Shown here: positions 48,933-60,879 of the stretch, piece by piece
Layout: each line of letters starts with the position of its first letter
Position numbering within the stretch: the stretch's first letter is position 1
Assembly: GCA_013265495.1 (NCBI GenBank)
Contig: MU058213.1
Coordinates: 2,232,001-2,296,000 of the forward strand
Source: Vicugna vicugna
Lineage: Eukaryota
Length of the DNA: 64,000 bases
Direction: 5' to 3'
The notes under the pieces: model-generated
Database searches by the model: none
Seen by the model: only the letters and a program-made list of their open reading frames with translations
What the model was told of the DNA's origin: nothing
Translations under genes and position numbers: made by a program

Positions 48933-50162
48933 TTCTGTGGTAATAAAAATAAATGAGAAACAACTGCACAAACAACTTGTATAAATCTCACAAACATAAT
49001 TTCAAGGGAAAAAAATCCAATCTCAAAAGAACACATAATTGTATGATTCCATTTATGTAAGTTCAAAAAACAAATGATCTAAATACTAGGACTAAAGGAC
49101 ACCAGCTCATGTAGTGAAACTGAAAAGGAAAGCAGGGAAGTGATTAACACAGAAGTCAGGACTGTGGCTATCTTTCCGGGAGTAGGAGGAGATGGTAATT
49201 TGGAAGAGGCACAAAATGAGTTTGAAGGTGCTGGCAATTTTGTTTCCTGACCTGTATGGGGGTTACACGGGCATTCACACTTTTTGTCTTCTGTGCAGTG
49301 CAATTTCTGTTTGCACAAAATGCTTAAAAACAAAGTATAATTTTAAAAAATAATTATGAAACTATTGATGGAGAGTTCTGGAGAGTTGGTTAGTTGCTCC
49401 ATTTTTTTCATCCCAAATGGGGTGACATGTTTAAAGAGAATCTGCATGAAGAAAGACATGTTGATAGTATAGAACATGCAAAAAAATCTTTGTAAAGAGA
49501 TCTATTTCTAAGTTTCTAAAAATGATGTTTCCGCTCTCCTTAAGGGTCACATGGCATAACCAAAACTTTATCAACAAAATGATAAAATCAAGGTTGCTCG
49601 TCACTCAGAATGTTATCAAAGGGCCTGAAGATAAGATGGGTTTGATACTCTTCTGACAAAGGAGGAGCATAAATCTCTGTTCAGCTGTTACGTTTGTTTT
49701 ATAATCTCCCTAAAATGAGAGTTTCAGAGAGGGAGAGTTGGGGGTGAGGAAAAAAGTAATCGTAAATCTGTTGGGAGTGCCGCGGTATGCTGCCGTGGAA
49801 ATTGTCTTGTTTGCTGTAGGTTGGAGGCATTGCCATTGACTTCATGTGTACTGTGGGTGCTGCTGGTTTTCTAGTTCAGTGCTCATCAGTTGCTGGAAGC
49901 ACTATTTCCTTTTCTCCTAGCAACGTAAATTGAACTTATCCGATTCAGACAAGTGTCATTCACTTCTGATCTGTTTTTCTTACTGTTCCCATGCCAAGTA
50001 GTATTTTTATAAATTCTGCTCCAGACAGTGGAACAGACTTAAAGTCTGGTTGTCTCCCTGTTAAATATTATACTGTTAATTCTGACTTCTGGAGCTGAAT
50101 CGTTTCTCTTAGCATGTGCTATGCTTTTGGGAGGGAGCAAGAAATCATTTTTTTTTTAAATA

Positions 50163-50385
50163 TAGAATCAAAGAATCTTAAATTTTAGAAAGTCCATGGA
50201 AATCCTCTAGTTCACCAGATGTGACAGATGGATTTCTAGCCTGTACCTGAATGCTACTGATATCTGGGAGCTCATTACCTCATGAAATTATTTCTCTGCA
50301 TTTTTGCAAAACTATTTATGAGAAAGTAATCCTCTGTATTAGGTTGAAATATATAACCTTGAGTTTTCCACTCATTCTTACCCGC
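50163..50385 (-). mobile_element. L3/CR1 LINE 3' fragment
   Basis: agaatcaaagaatctta..gggagctcattacctc..agaaagtaatcctctgtatt..ttccactcatt. Confidence 0.6.
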
Positions 50386-52524
50386 TTTGTACTATCCTTA
50401 TTATATTGGTGATTGTTTTTATTTCCATCTTGCGCAGTAATGAACATATGTTAACTCGTGTCTAGAGATTGTCAAAGGTTCCCTGAAGTCCACAGCTGTG
50501 CAGATTATAGACTTAAATTAGTCTGATGAACGTTACCACCACAGGTGAATTTCCTGTGCCCAAACTACTTCAGTTTCCACTAAGAGAGGCCCACAGAGCA
50601 CTTGCTTTAGACAGAGCCTTGTTTAGGTGCCGGAGAGAATTATTACAGATTAGCCCTGCCACCTAAGAAGCTGAATTAAAAACAACTTTCTGTTTCATGG
50701 TCTTCAAGCTCACTTTCTCTAGTGGCCAAAGCTTTTATCTCTACTAGGGACTTCCGTGACTGGGGAACTATCAAATAATTTCCAACTATTCATCAATTCT
50801 GGTTAACTTGGATATTGGGAGAGAAAAAGCTTAGGGACAATTTGTAATATTATTTAAAACAAAACTTGTCAAAATATAGCCCACTTGGAAAAAAAATGTA
50901 ATTTTATTTACTTAAAATTGCGTCTAATATTTAAGAACACATCCGTCTGATTATTGAACTGTATACAAGTGACACCCATGTAACTTGGGAATATAAAATA
51001 TTACATACATCTCAGTGCTAAAATAGTCTTAAAATGGGCTCCTACGGTGCTTGTATCGAGTGAATTGTCATTAAAAAAAATTAGGGATAGAAGTAGAAGC
51101 AGCCATGAGCTCATTCTTTTTCCATCTTCTTTTTTTTTTTTCAATCGCCAAAACCCTCTTCTTTCTAATTCTTAGGATTCAGTTCCCAGAGATCACTCCG
51201 CCACAGCTTTATCATTGGTCTTTAGTTTGAGGCTGGTCCAGCTTTCCTCTTAGAAGAGTTGGGTAGAGGGAAAATGTTACTCTGCCAGTGAAGAGACCGT
51301 AGCATTCTTAGACAGCATTGGTCAAATTGCAATTGTAGATGTAGTTCCAAACAATAAGTGCTTTTTTACAGGTGGACAGTCACACTGATTCATAGAAATA
51401 TTAATTTTTTTCTCATAAAACATTATTAATATTATTGTTGTATGTCATTAATTCTGTTGTTTAATCAGAGCTCAGCGACAAACAAGTTTACCTACTCCTG
51501 GACTATAGCTCTGACCATTACCTGGCACTTCCTTTCTCCAGAATACTCTCTTAAGTTTAAATATTGACATTGGAGTTAGAATTGTGGGTTAAGAAGAGCA
51601 TGAATTCCCGCTGTTTATTTTTTCATTTTTAATTTCGAAGCATATACAGAGTGGAGGCAATGTCATGTGTAGTGACTCAGCATTCATATTACAAACAATA
51701 AATGAGGATTTAAACATTTTCTGCTTTTTCATGAGTAAGTTACTCTTGGGAGGAGGAGAAGAAGGCACTAGTTTCACACCAGTGAACAACTAGAAAATTT
51801 GAAATTGACCCCACTTGGCTTTGCGGCCGGCTAACTAGGGAGAGAAACATAAGGGGAGTTCCAGAAACTGGATGTTAGAATTGGCAATATTATGGTCCCA
51901 TCCTACACTCTACCTGCATGCTTTTGATGATTATCAGCAGTCGTCCCCAACCTTCTCCCGTTCGGCATTAAAATGCCTCCCTTCCCACCTCCTTCCTGCT
52001 CCTGTGGGAGATAGGCCAGGACAGGCAGTAGGACTTCCAAATGTGATGCTTTAATCCTGAGTGGACGGCAGGAGAGGGAGTGCAGTGGCGGCAGAGCTCT
52101 GACCCAGATTACTGGAAGGGACTTTGGCCCTGATACAAACAGCCTGAGGCTCACATGTGTTTCCTTTGCTGCTGGACAAGAGAACTCTGACATTGGTGAA
52201 AGTTCTTTCTCTGAGGATATGTGTCACCTGCAAATGTCAAGTGATAATTTTATGCTGGCTAGAGGGAAGCAGCTTGCTCAAAATGGACCTACTTCATGAT
52301 TGCAGGGGGAGAATACATCCTGTATGGGCCATCTCTTGAGGCCCTGTAGATTCATCTGGAGGATTTCTTTAGATACCATTTAAAATATATAAATATATAT
52401 ATATTTATATATTTGTCAGGCGCCTACCATTTCTCTAGGAGTTAAAAAAAAGAAGCATTGGTAAAAAAGCTTCAGATGAATGGACAAGAAGCTCTGTCTA
52501 CCCAATACTTAGTGTCCTATTTAA

Positions 52525-52745
52525 AATAAGAATAAGAGCAAATGCAATTATACCATATAAACATGCTTCTAAATTCTTTTTGTATTTGCTTACAATCCTC
52601 ACAACAATCTTTCAGGATATTAACCCCAGTTTACCCAAGATAGGCCTAGAGAAACTCAGCAACCGTCTGTGTTTAGAAAGTGGTCGAGTCAGGATTCAAG
52701 CGCATATCCTCTGGCTCAAGTTCATGCTTTTACCAATTATATTTA
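52525..52745 (-). mobile_element. MIR SINE, decayed
   Basis: aatcctcacaacaatct..attaaccccagttt..gtcaggattcaagc. Confidence 0.7.
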
Positions 52746-53449
52746 GCCACTTACTGAGAAGTTTATTCTGCACATTGCCCAACATTGAAATATTTCAAAA
52801 TTCTGAAGGACAGGAGTTACCCTCCCCCCTTTTCCATCTGGATGTTGATATTCTATAAAGATGGCAGGAGACATGGCATTAGATGGCTCGCTATGGAAAG
52901 GCTGTGTCAGCCTGGAAGCTCCCATTGCTGGGCTAAGCTGCCTGAGACATAGGTGAGTCTATCAGCCCTGGGAAGACCCAGCTTTGTTCTGTCTCTCCAA
53001 ATGGGGCATGTGTGGTGGAACTGGCATGTGTTGGTAGGGACCTGATGAGGACCTGTTGAGGACCGCTAAGGAGAATTGGAAGCCTGTTTGTAGAGGGGTG
53101 AGAATGCTGTTGGTACCCACTTAGCCTCGGTTCTGTAAACTTTAAAGGTCATCCCGAAATGCCAGAGAATCACACATCGTCCACCAAAGCCAGCAGGGAT
53201 TCAGTCTCTGGGCCTCCGTCGGCCTTCAGCCTCTAGGTCTCCTCTGAACTCCACTGGCTGTCGCTCCGAACTCTTGCTTGTGGCGTTGGTTTGATCCCAC
53301 CTCTCATTTTCAGTTTAGCATTTGCACTAGTCCCTGCTGCACTTGGAGTTTCCTCTTTCCTTAAATGACCCTCCCTTGATATTGTCCCTCCTGCTCTTCT
53401 TACCTTGTATTGTCTCAAGTAACATCCCCTTCCTAGTTTCGTCCTTGTG

Positions 53450-53935
53450 GAACCTCAGTAACATAATTTTTTTTGGCTATTTTTCTCATGTATTCTTCCA
53501 GATAGGTTTTATTGTTTGTTCATAGGTTCTAAGTCATCTGTTGAAATTTTTATTGGAGCTGCTCTAAAGTTGTGGATTAATTTGGGAAGACTTGATATAT
53601 TTGTAATGATGAATCCTCCTATCTGCTATTCTGTATTCTTACATTTATTTGAGGTTTATTTTTGATCTCTGTAAATTTTTGTGGGTTTTAAATGTAGTTT
53701 CTTATATGTATTGATATGCTTATTTCTATAGGTTTTATATTTTTATGACTCCATGGACTGTGGAATTTTTCCAGTATCTTTTTTGGATATTGCCAATGTA
53801 TAGAGAAGCTATCTATGTCTAGATATTTATTTTGTAACATTTGTTACAAAATATTACAAATATTTTGTCCTCTTTCTGAAAACTTTATTAGATTGTAAAG
53901 TTTTCCTAGTTTAGGATTTTCAGGAGGCATCACTT
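53450..53935 (-). mobile_element. Old L1 (L1ME-like) ORF2 fragment
   Basis: tttttattggagctgctctaaagttgtggattaatttgggaagacttgatatattt..atgtatagagaagctat. Confidence 0.65.
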
Positions 53936-54424
53936 TGTCCTACTCGTCTTAAAATTTCCCATTTGGCTTGGTTTCTGCTACCGGCATTTTCCTGTTGAGA
54001 TTTATTTCTTAATTTTTAGTCTTCTCATCACTGGCAAGCTTTGCCTCTTATACATCGAACCATGTTTCTTTCCTTAGATATCAGAAATTTGACATCAATA
54101 CTGGTTTTTATTAAAATCAAATTTACTGTACCTCTTAGATTTGGGAATATGGATGTAGATCCTTTTAAGGGCTGAGGAGAGGGTCATATGTCTTTCTAAT
54201 TTCTTCCTCCCATGTTGCTACCCATCAAGGCCCTGACTGTGACTTGTCCACCTTGCTGGCAGGGCCTAAGTTCTCAGAAAGCCCCTTTCCTGAGGCTGTG
54301 TAGTTTAGGGTGCTACCTGAACAAACAATTTAAGGATGACAATGTGTGGTATCCTGAAGGTCATGTTTTTTAACATGACATTTTTATTATGAACCTTCAT
54401 AATCTTCAAAATTAGCGGCTCTGT

Positions 54425-55090
54425 AGGGATGGAGGGAATGAGTGAAATAGGTAAAGGCAATTAAGAGGTACAGACTTCCAGTTACAAAATAAATGAGTCA
54501 CAGGGATGAAATGTACAGCATGGGGAATATAATCAATAACAATGTAATACCTTTGTTAGTGACAGATGATAACTAGACTGATGGAGGTGATCATTTTGAA
54601 ATACATAGAAGTATCAAGTCACTGTGTTGTGTACCAGGAACTAACTTAGTGTTGTAGATCAAGTATACTTTAAAAAAAAAAAAAACAAGAAATCTCATAG
54701 ATAAAGAGATCAGATTTGTGGTTACCAGAGGTAGGGGGTTGGGAGAGGGCAAATTGGATGAAGGTGATTGAAAGGTACATACTTCCAGTTATAAGATGAG
54801 TAAGTACTAGGGATGTAATGTACAACACGATTAATGTAATTAATACTGCTGCACATTATTTATGAAAGCTGTAGAGAGAGTAAATCCGAAGTGTTCTCAT
54901 CACAAGGAAAAATATGTTTTTCTTTTTCTTTTATTTTGTATGTGTATGAGATGATGGATGTTCACTAAACTTACTGTGATCATTTCATGGTGAATGTAAG
55001 TCAGACAATTATGCTTTACACCTTAAACTTATACAGTGCTGTTGTCAATTATATCTCATTAAGACTGGGAGGAAAGAAAAAAAAGAAAAG
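54425..55090 (+). mobile_element. Artiodactyl-type L1 3' end made of two tandem 3'-UTR-like units
   Basis: Unit 1 54425-54685 ends in A-run; unit 2 ~54690-55090 ends in A-rich tail; both contain aggtaca.acttccagtta.aa.at.a.t.agt...agggatg.aatgtaca.ca. Confidence 0.88.
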
Positions 55091-55249
55091 AATGATATTG
55101 ATGGCTGAAGGTAGCTCAAGAATTAATAAACTTTGAATTAAGTGCCAAAAAAAAAAGAAGCTACTATTAGACTGATAGATGAAAACATATTCATTCAACA
55201 AATATTTAGAGTATCTGCTACAATTTATAAAAGTAACAATAGTAAATAA

Positions 55250-55460
55250 ACCGTCAATATTTTATAATAACTATACCTGGTACTATGTAAATCTTTACAT
55301 ACATTATTCCATTTATGCTCACACTAACACACTGACGTAGTGTTATAATCCCTCTTCTAAGCTGTGTCTTGAAGAGGTTTACAGATTTGCTCCAGGAAAC
55401 ACGTACAGTGTTGGAGCCAAGACTAGAACCTGGAAACTCTTTCCTCTTAATCACCAAGAA
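55250..55460 (-). mobile_element. MIR SINE, decayed
   Basis: tattccatttatgctcac..gaagaggtttacagatttgctcca..ggagccaagactagaacctgg. Confidence 0.65.
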
Positions 55461-56757
55461 CATTGCTAGTTGCAAGTGATGTAAAAAAATTGAAAAGAAG
55501 TACTCAATATCTTCAATATGTCTAGAAGCTACTAGGAGAGATAGACATTTGGATAATTAATATATAATATGTCAACTGAAAGAGGCTAAAAATGAAAGTA
55601 TATATAAAACATGTTGAGATTATAGTTACTTTTGACATCATCTCAGATTTATTTTTTAACATGGATTTCGATATTACTTTATTGGAGACTTCAATGGAAA
55701 AGTTTTTTTTTAATTTCCAGTTATTCTATGACAAAGATAGGAAAAAGTTTTCTTTGCTTTGAGAGTAAGTGTTTGAAAATATCTTCCTCTCAGGTAAAGG
55801 CAAAATCATCTTGGAAGAATCTCCTAGCTTCTAAGACTTAAATATCCCAGTTCCCTGTCTTCTGCACTCATTCACACCAGGTTCCTTGGCATCCTGTCCT
55901 TATATGGCATCAATTCTTGATTACCAGTCCCCCTCCAACTGATATTTATGCTGCTATTATTCATCCCCAAGGCTATGTTTATACGATGCTGAAAATTATG
56001 AATAAAATATTTTTTAAGAATATGTCAATCTTCGCTATTTTGACAATCCAGTCAAAGGCTGTTTCCATACAAATAGTTGAGTCATTCGCATATGTTTATT
56101 GCATAGATAAAATGACTGAATTAATTTTTCACTTTCCTTGGGCCCTTTAGTTTTATATCCATTTATGTCGATATAGCTAAAGAGTTAAACTAGTTGTGTT
56201 TGATTTGCATCAGTCTTACTCCTTAAATTGTCCTTTGCTTTTATGTAAAGGTAATTTGATGATTAGCAACTAATAAAAAGCATGGGTCATAACCCTTGTC
56301 AAGCCAGATATTAATGATGGTCTCTTGAAATGAACAGCTTAATGAGAACATCTTTTATTTTTAAATGAGTTTTTATTTTAAGATCTTGTTCCTATTGGTG
56401 GATGATTACCAAATGCTATAGAAGGAGCTGCAGTGGTCTGACTTGGCATGATCTGAGAGTCCTTGGAAAGCCGTATTCAGATTGTTCCTGTTGTAACGCA
56501 GGTATATTCTGAACTCCTGTGACTGCCTCTTGTTGCTATTGAGTGGATGCCCATATTAGCAATACCTTTTCAGTTCTAATGAAGAGAAGTAGTCACATTC
56601 AGCTTTATAAATACATCATCAAAGAGTAATTCAACAACATCTTCTAATAATAAGACAGCACAAACAATGGTTCCCCTTCAAAATGCTGTTTTCTCAGTTC
56701 AAGGTCCCATGGCAAAAAATCAGTAAGTAAATAAATTTTAAAAATCTACATAAACAC

Positions 56758-57219
56758 CGTAGAAGTAATGAGAATACACCTCTCGGGTCTCTGGCCGTGA
56801 GGACTGTAACTGACCTACAGCCACAGCTGCTGTGCTCTGAAATCCATCATACCCTTCTGCTGAGGCCAGGTTTCCCACGGGCTACACCAGCCAATAATTG
56901 AGCAGGGCAGAGATGCAAAGGCCAACCTGATTCCTGGGTAACGTGGCACCCCTGTGACAGGTGACTTTGATGTAAAGACTCTCCAGCGGCTTTGCCAAAC
57001 TCTCTTAGAACTGCACTGCTGCCTAAGACATTTACCCAACCTTCGTTCTCTCTCCCCTTCACCCGGGGTCAAGTTCAGCTCTGCATCTCTGCCTGACAGC
57101 TCCCTCAGCCTCTCCCATCTCCCTCTTTATCTTCCTTAGCAGCTATCACCCTTAATAAATCTTCATGAAGCTAATCAATCCCATCTGGACATCTTCTTCT
57201 TGGAGGACCTGGTTAACAC
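56758..57219 (+). mobile_element. ERVL solo LTR (LTR41-like)
   Basis: gtagaagtaatgagaatacacctctc.. start; cttaataaatct..cttcttggaggacctggttaacac end with AATAAA. Confidence 0.7.
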
Positions 57220-58361
57220 CTTCTCCTTTCAAGCTAAGATAGTATTACTGGCTTTGTTTTCACAACTGGAACTCATGAAGTTGTGTATTTTATATGAGCT
57301 TTGAAGTGACTATAAATAAATGTCTTTAAATAAGCTAGGCTCATAGGGTAGAATTTCACTGTCATCTCCTGTTCTTCCATCACACTTGTTTGAGGGAGTT
57401 TCTCTTCCTACTCTCTTAGATGAAAACTTCAGCAGCTGTCTTTAACTTTTATATTATTCTCAGATAACAAACAAGGTTTTGAACATTTTAGTTTACTAAA
57501 TTATCTCAGTTCATCCATTGAAGTGCTGACTCCCATGTAATAATCAAACGGTCTATTAAAGTTTTATAAAAGCTCTTCCCCCCACTTCAGTTTAGGCCTA
57601 CAGACCTAGCTCTGAGTTTTGGCAAGTGTTTACAACTAAGTCCTTGTCTCTTGGGTTGTCTGGGAGACCCTTCATTACTGGCGGCCTCTCACTCTTATTT
57701 TGTTATATGGCCAAATACAAGGCTTCTAGCTATTGACTTAAACTGTCCTCCATCTCTGAGGGATCTAGGCACATAACTCCAGCATCTTTCTGGTGAGGTC
57801 TTCACCACATTGTGATGGCCCTTTTGAGCAACACCTGAGACCACCACACTGACTCTTTCACAGGGATGTTCATATCTGCTCCACAGGAAACACTCGTACA
57901 TGCTTTGTCCGGCCACCTGTGGGCATGTAGGTTGCCCCACCATCGCAGGCTCACTGAATAACACTGCTTCATCAGATGGACCGCCATAGTCTCTTTTTCT
58001 TTAGATTTCTCAGGCATCGTGTCTCTTAACACTCCAGGGGATACATATCAAACTGTATATTAGTCCCATTCAAGGTCTTTTCCCAAGGCTTGAGGGATGA
58101 AAAAGAATCTCCTCTGTATTTCCCATGAGTTGTGGTGCGTTGGGGTGTGGAGCATCCTGACTATGCAATATTCTCTCCAAAATTCCTCTAAGCTTTAACC
58201 CCGCCTTTTGACCCCCCTAATCTTTCTCATAAGCTAGTGTTGCATTTTATGCTCCATGTCACTAAACTAGTAATAAGCTTCTTTGCAGTGTTAAACAACC
58301 TTTCCTGTGTTTGTTGTCCTACTTTGGAATGTGGGAATATTCGGGACCTATTAGATAGACT

Positions 58362-58543
58362 AGATTGATACTCAAAGGATGGGACAAAGACCAACAGCAT
58401 TCTCACCTGGGAACTTGTAAACATGCTGCCTGGCAGGTCCCATCCCAGACCTACTGAATCGGAATCAGAATCAGAATCAGAATCTGCCTGGTTGACCTGG
58501 TCCGCAGGTGATTTGTATTCACAGGAATGTTTGAAAAGCACTA
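58362..58543. mobile_element. MER5A MITE with expanded GAATCA repeat
   Basis: cagcattctcacctgggaacttgtaaacatgc..cccagacctactgaatc..caggtgatttgtatt..gtttgaaaagcact. Confidence 0.85.
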
Positions 58544-58609
58544 GCCCAGAGTACTCAGCTGAAATGGGTGAGAAGTATTCTACTTTACTATTCTGTTACA
58601 ACTATAGTT

Positions 58610-59040
58610 ATTATTTATTCCGTAAATATGTATTGACTACTATTAGGTACAGGACGTATTCAAAAGGCTTAATTAGGGTTTAGGAGGGGAGCTGGAATAA
58701 GCTTATACATGAACAAAATGCAAAGAATAAAATTTAAATGCTGAGAGATGATACATTTCTGTAGGATTTTAGAGGAGAAGGATGATTTTGGGGCTGGAGA
58801 TTCAAGAAGGAAATAATTTGAATTGAGCCTTGAAAGACACATGGCACGTGGCCATGTATAGTTGAGGAATTGGTCTTTTGCTATGGAAGGATTAGAGTAA
58901 ATAAAGGGGGGCAATTCATAGCCACGTGTGCAGAGAGTAGCTCTATTTGACTGAAAGAGAGGGTGTGTGGAGGCGATACTGAATGCAGGAATAAGGAGGT
59001 ATATCAGGGCCTTGAATGCTGAGTCCATTTAGACATGAAG
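58610..59040 (-). mobile_element. L2 fragments
   Basis: tttattccgtaaatatgtattgactac..atttgaattgagccttgaaag..agggccttgaatgc. Confidence 0.6.
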
Positions 59041-59165
59041 TGGAGTTACTCTGGTGATACATGAAATGATTCTCCTTAGCTGTTACTCTTCAGCAACTAC
59101 TGGTGTGTTAAAGGAATTGCTTGAGGCTTTATAACTGGGTTCTGAAGTGAAAAATCTGGCTGGAG

Positions 59166-59307
59166 GGGAAGAGGGTAGAGCTTAGCAGTAGAGCACGTTC
59201 TTAGCATGCACGAGGTCCTGGGTTCAATCCCCAGTACCTCCGTTAAAAGTTAATAAATAAATAAGCTGAATTACCTCCTCCACCCCCCCCCCAAAAAAAA
59301 ACTTTAA
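59166..59307 (+). mobile_element. Vic-1-type tRNA-derived SINE
   Basis: gggtagagcttagcagtagagc (A box)..ggttcaatcccc (B box), (TAAA)n, C-run, A tail; TSD aaaaatctggctggag (59150-59165) vs aaaaatctgattggag (59308-59323), 14/16. Confidence 0.93.
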
Positions 59308-59549
59308 AAAAATCTGATTGGAGCAGAAAGTATACATCTGGAGATGAGGGTTAGATTGTGCTAGGTCACTGATCCCAGCGTTGGTCCCATGATCTTTGAT
59401 ACTGCTCATTTGTCTATTTGAAAAAAAAGTGTGATAGACCAAGAACTATGGTCTCAAGTACTCCCAGGGAAATTTTAAAAAGGGGACATGCTGGGTACAG
59501 GATTTGGGAGCCTGTTCTGGAGAAGTGCTGGTTTTCTGCTCCCCTGCAC

Positions 59550-59825
59550 AGGAAGACTTCCCTAGTTGTCAGTATTTCCTATCTCCCAGTGTTCCAGCTC
59601 TCAATTCCCTTCAGTATGGATCAGGCCCCATTCTAATACAGTCTACACTCAGCTGCCAGAGTGGTCTCTAGACATAGTCTGATTATGACAATTTCCTGCT
59701 TTAAGCATTTAAAAAGAACATAGAATAAACACCGGTTCCTTACTATTGCCTAAAATTTAATGTGGTCTGACATTCTCTCATATTCTTCCAGGCCTCATTC
59801 ACTCTCTTCCAGTCTCCCAGGCCAG
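59550..59825 (+). mobile_element. L2 fragment
   Basis: cagctgccagagtggtct..tctgattatgacaatttcctgctttaa..tggtctgac..ttccaggcctcat. Confidence 0.6.
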
Positions 59826-60036
59826 AGGTAGAATGACACCCACAGTAAGAGAGATCTAGGCTAAAAGAAAAAAAAATCCTATATATTTCTCTACGTACAT
59901 ATAGATGTGCAAACAGATTGTTAACTGTCTAGAAGGATATATGATAAATTGATTCTTTGGTGTGGGGAACTTGGGGATTGAGAGGGAACATTTTTTATCT
60001 GTTTTATCTGTAATGTTTGAATCCAGTTCTCTGCCT

Positions 60037-60879
60037 ATACAGGAAAAACACACTCCCGTATATCCTCTTTATTCTCACTCTACCACACTTCACATCTGGT
60101 CAGAAAACATGTTGGGTATTTTTCCACACATTAAGCAATTCTCCGTGACACTTGCTGGGTGTCCTAAATTCAATTCAATTTAACACTATCTACCTGGAGT
60201 TAGCATCAGATCGCACAAGTGAAGGCTCAGTCCCCACTTCAGATACCAGTGTCAAATTGTCACCTGCACTTCTGATAGATCAGCTATAAGTTGGGATTTC
60301 CACAGTCCCCTCCTTGGGTTCAGTAATTTGCTAGAATGGCTCATAGAGCTCAGGGAAACATGTTTACTGGTTTATTATAAAGGATATGAATGAAGAGCCA
60401 GATGAAGAGACATGTAGGGAAAGTTCCAGAAGGGTCCTGAGTGCAGGAGGTTCTCTTTGTGGTAGATATGGCCACCAACCTGGAAGCTCTCTGAAGCCTG
60501 TACTGTCAGGAATTTTACAGAGGCTTCATCACTTAGGCATGATTAAACATTAACTCAGTCTCCAGCCCCTTTCCCATTCCTAGAGCTGAAAGTTCCAAGC
60601 TTCTAATCATGGCTTGGTCTTTATGGTGACAAACCCCCATTCTGAAGGCAACCAGGAGCCCACCAAGAGTCAGCTCACCTCATTAGAACAAAATGTACTC
60701 GTATCACCCAGGAAATTACAGGGGATTTAGGAACTGTCAGGAATCAGGATCAAAGGCCAAATATTAGAACAAAAGATATTCTTAGTGCTCTGATCACTTA
60801 GGAAACTGCAAGAGATTTAGGAGCCCTGTGCCAAGAACCAGGGGCAGAGACCAATATATATATTTTCTGTTATTTCACA
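60037..60879 (-). mobile_element. MER21-type solo LTR
   Basis: gctgggtgtcctaaattcaattcaatt..tacctggagttagcatcagat..taatttgctagaatggctca..ggggcagagaccaatatata..tttcaca. Confidence 0.88.

Larger units (their letters stand above)
44600..49335 (+). mobile_element. Old L1 (L1M-type) ORF2 to 3' UTR, fragmented by nested insertions
   Basis: EN-like text at 44600-45230; aaaactccagacccagatggcatcacc; aaatcaggaacaagacaaaga; caacccaatagaaaaatgggcaagagatatgaacag; gtatgattccatttat. Confidence 0.88.

Noticed and set aside
52861..52952. ATG-initiated 92-nt segment ending at AG|gtgagt
   Set aside because: Weak acceptor, no promoter or CpG features and unrecognised peptide.
59170..59245. tRNA-like sequence with A and B boxes
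   Set aside because: It is the head of a SINE with tail, TSD and two more copies in the window.
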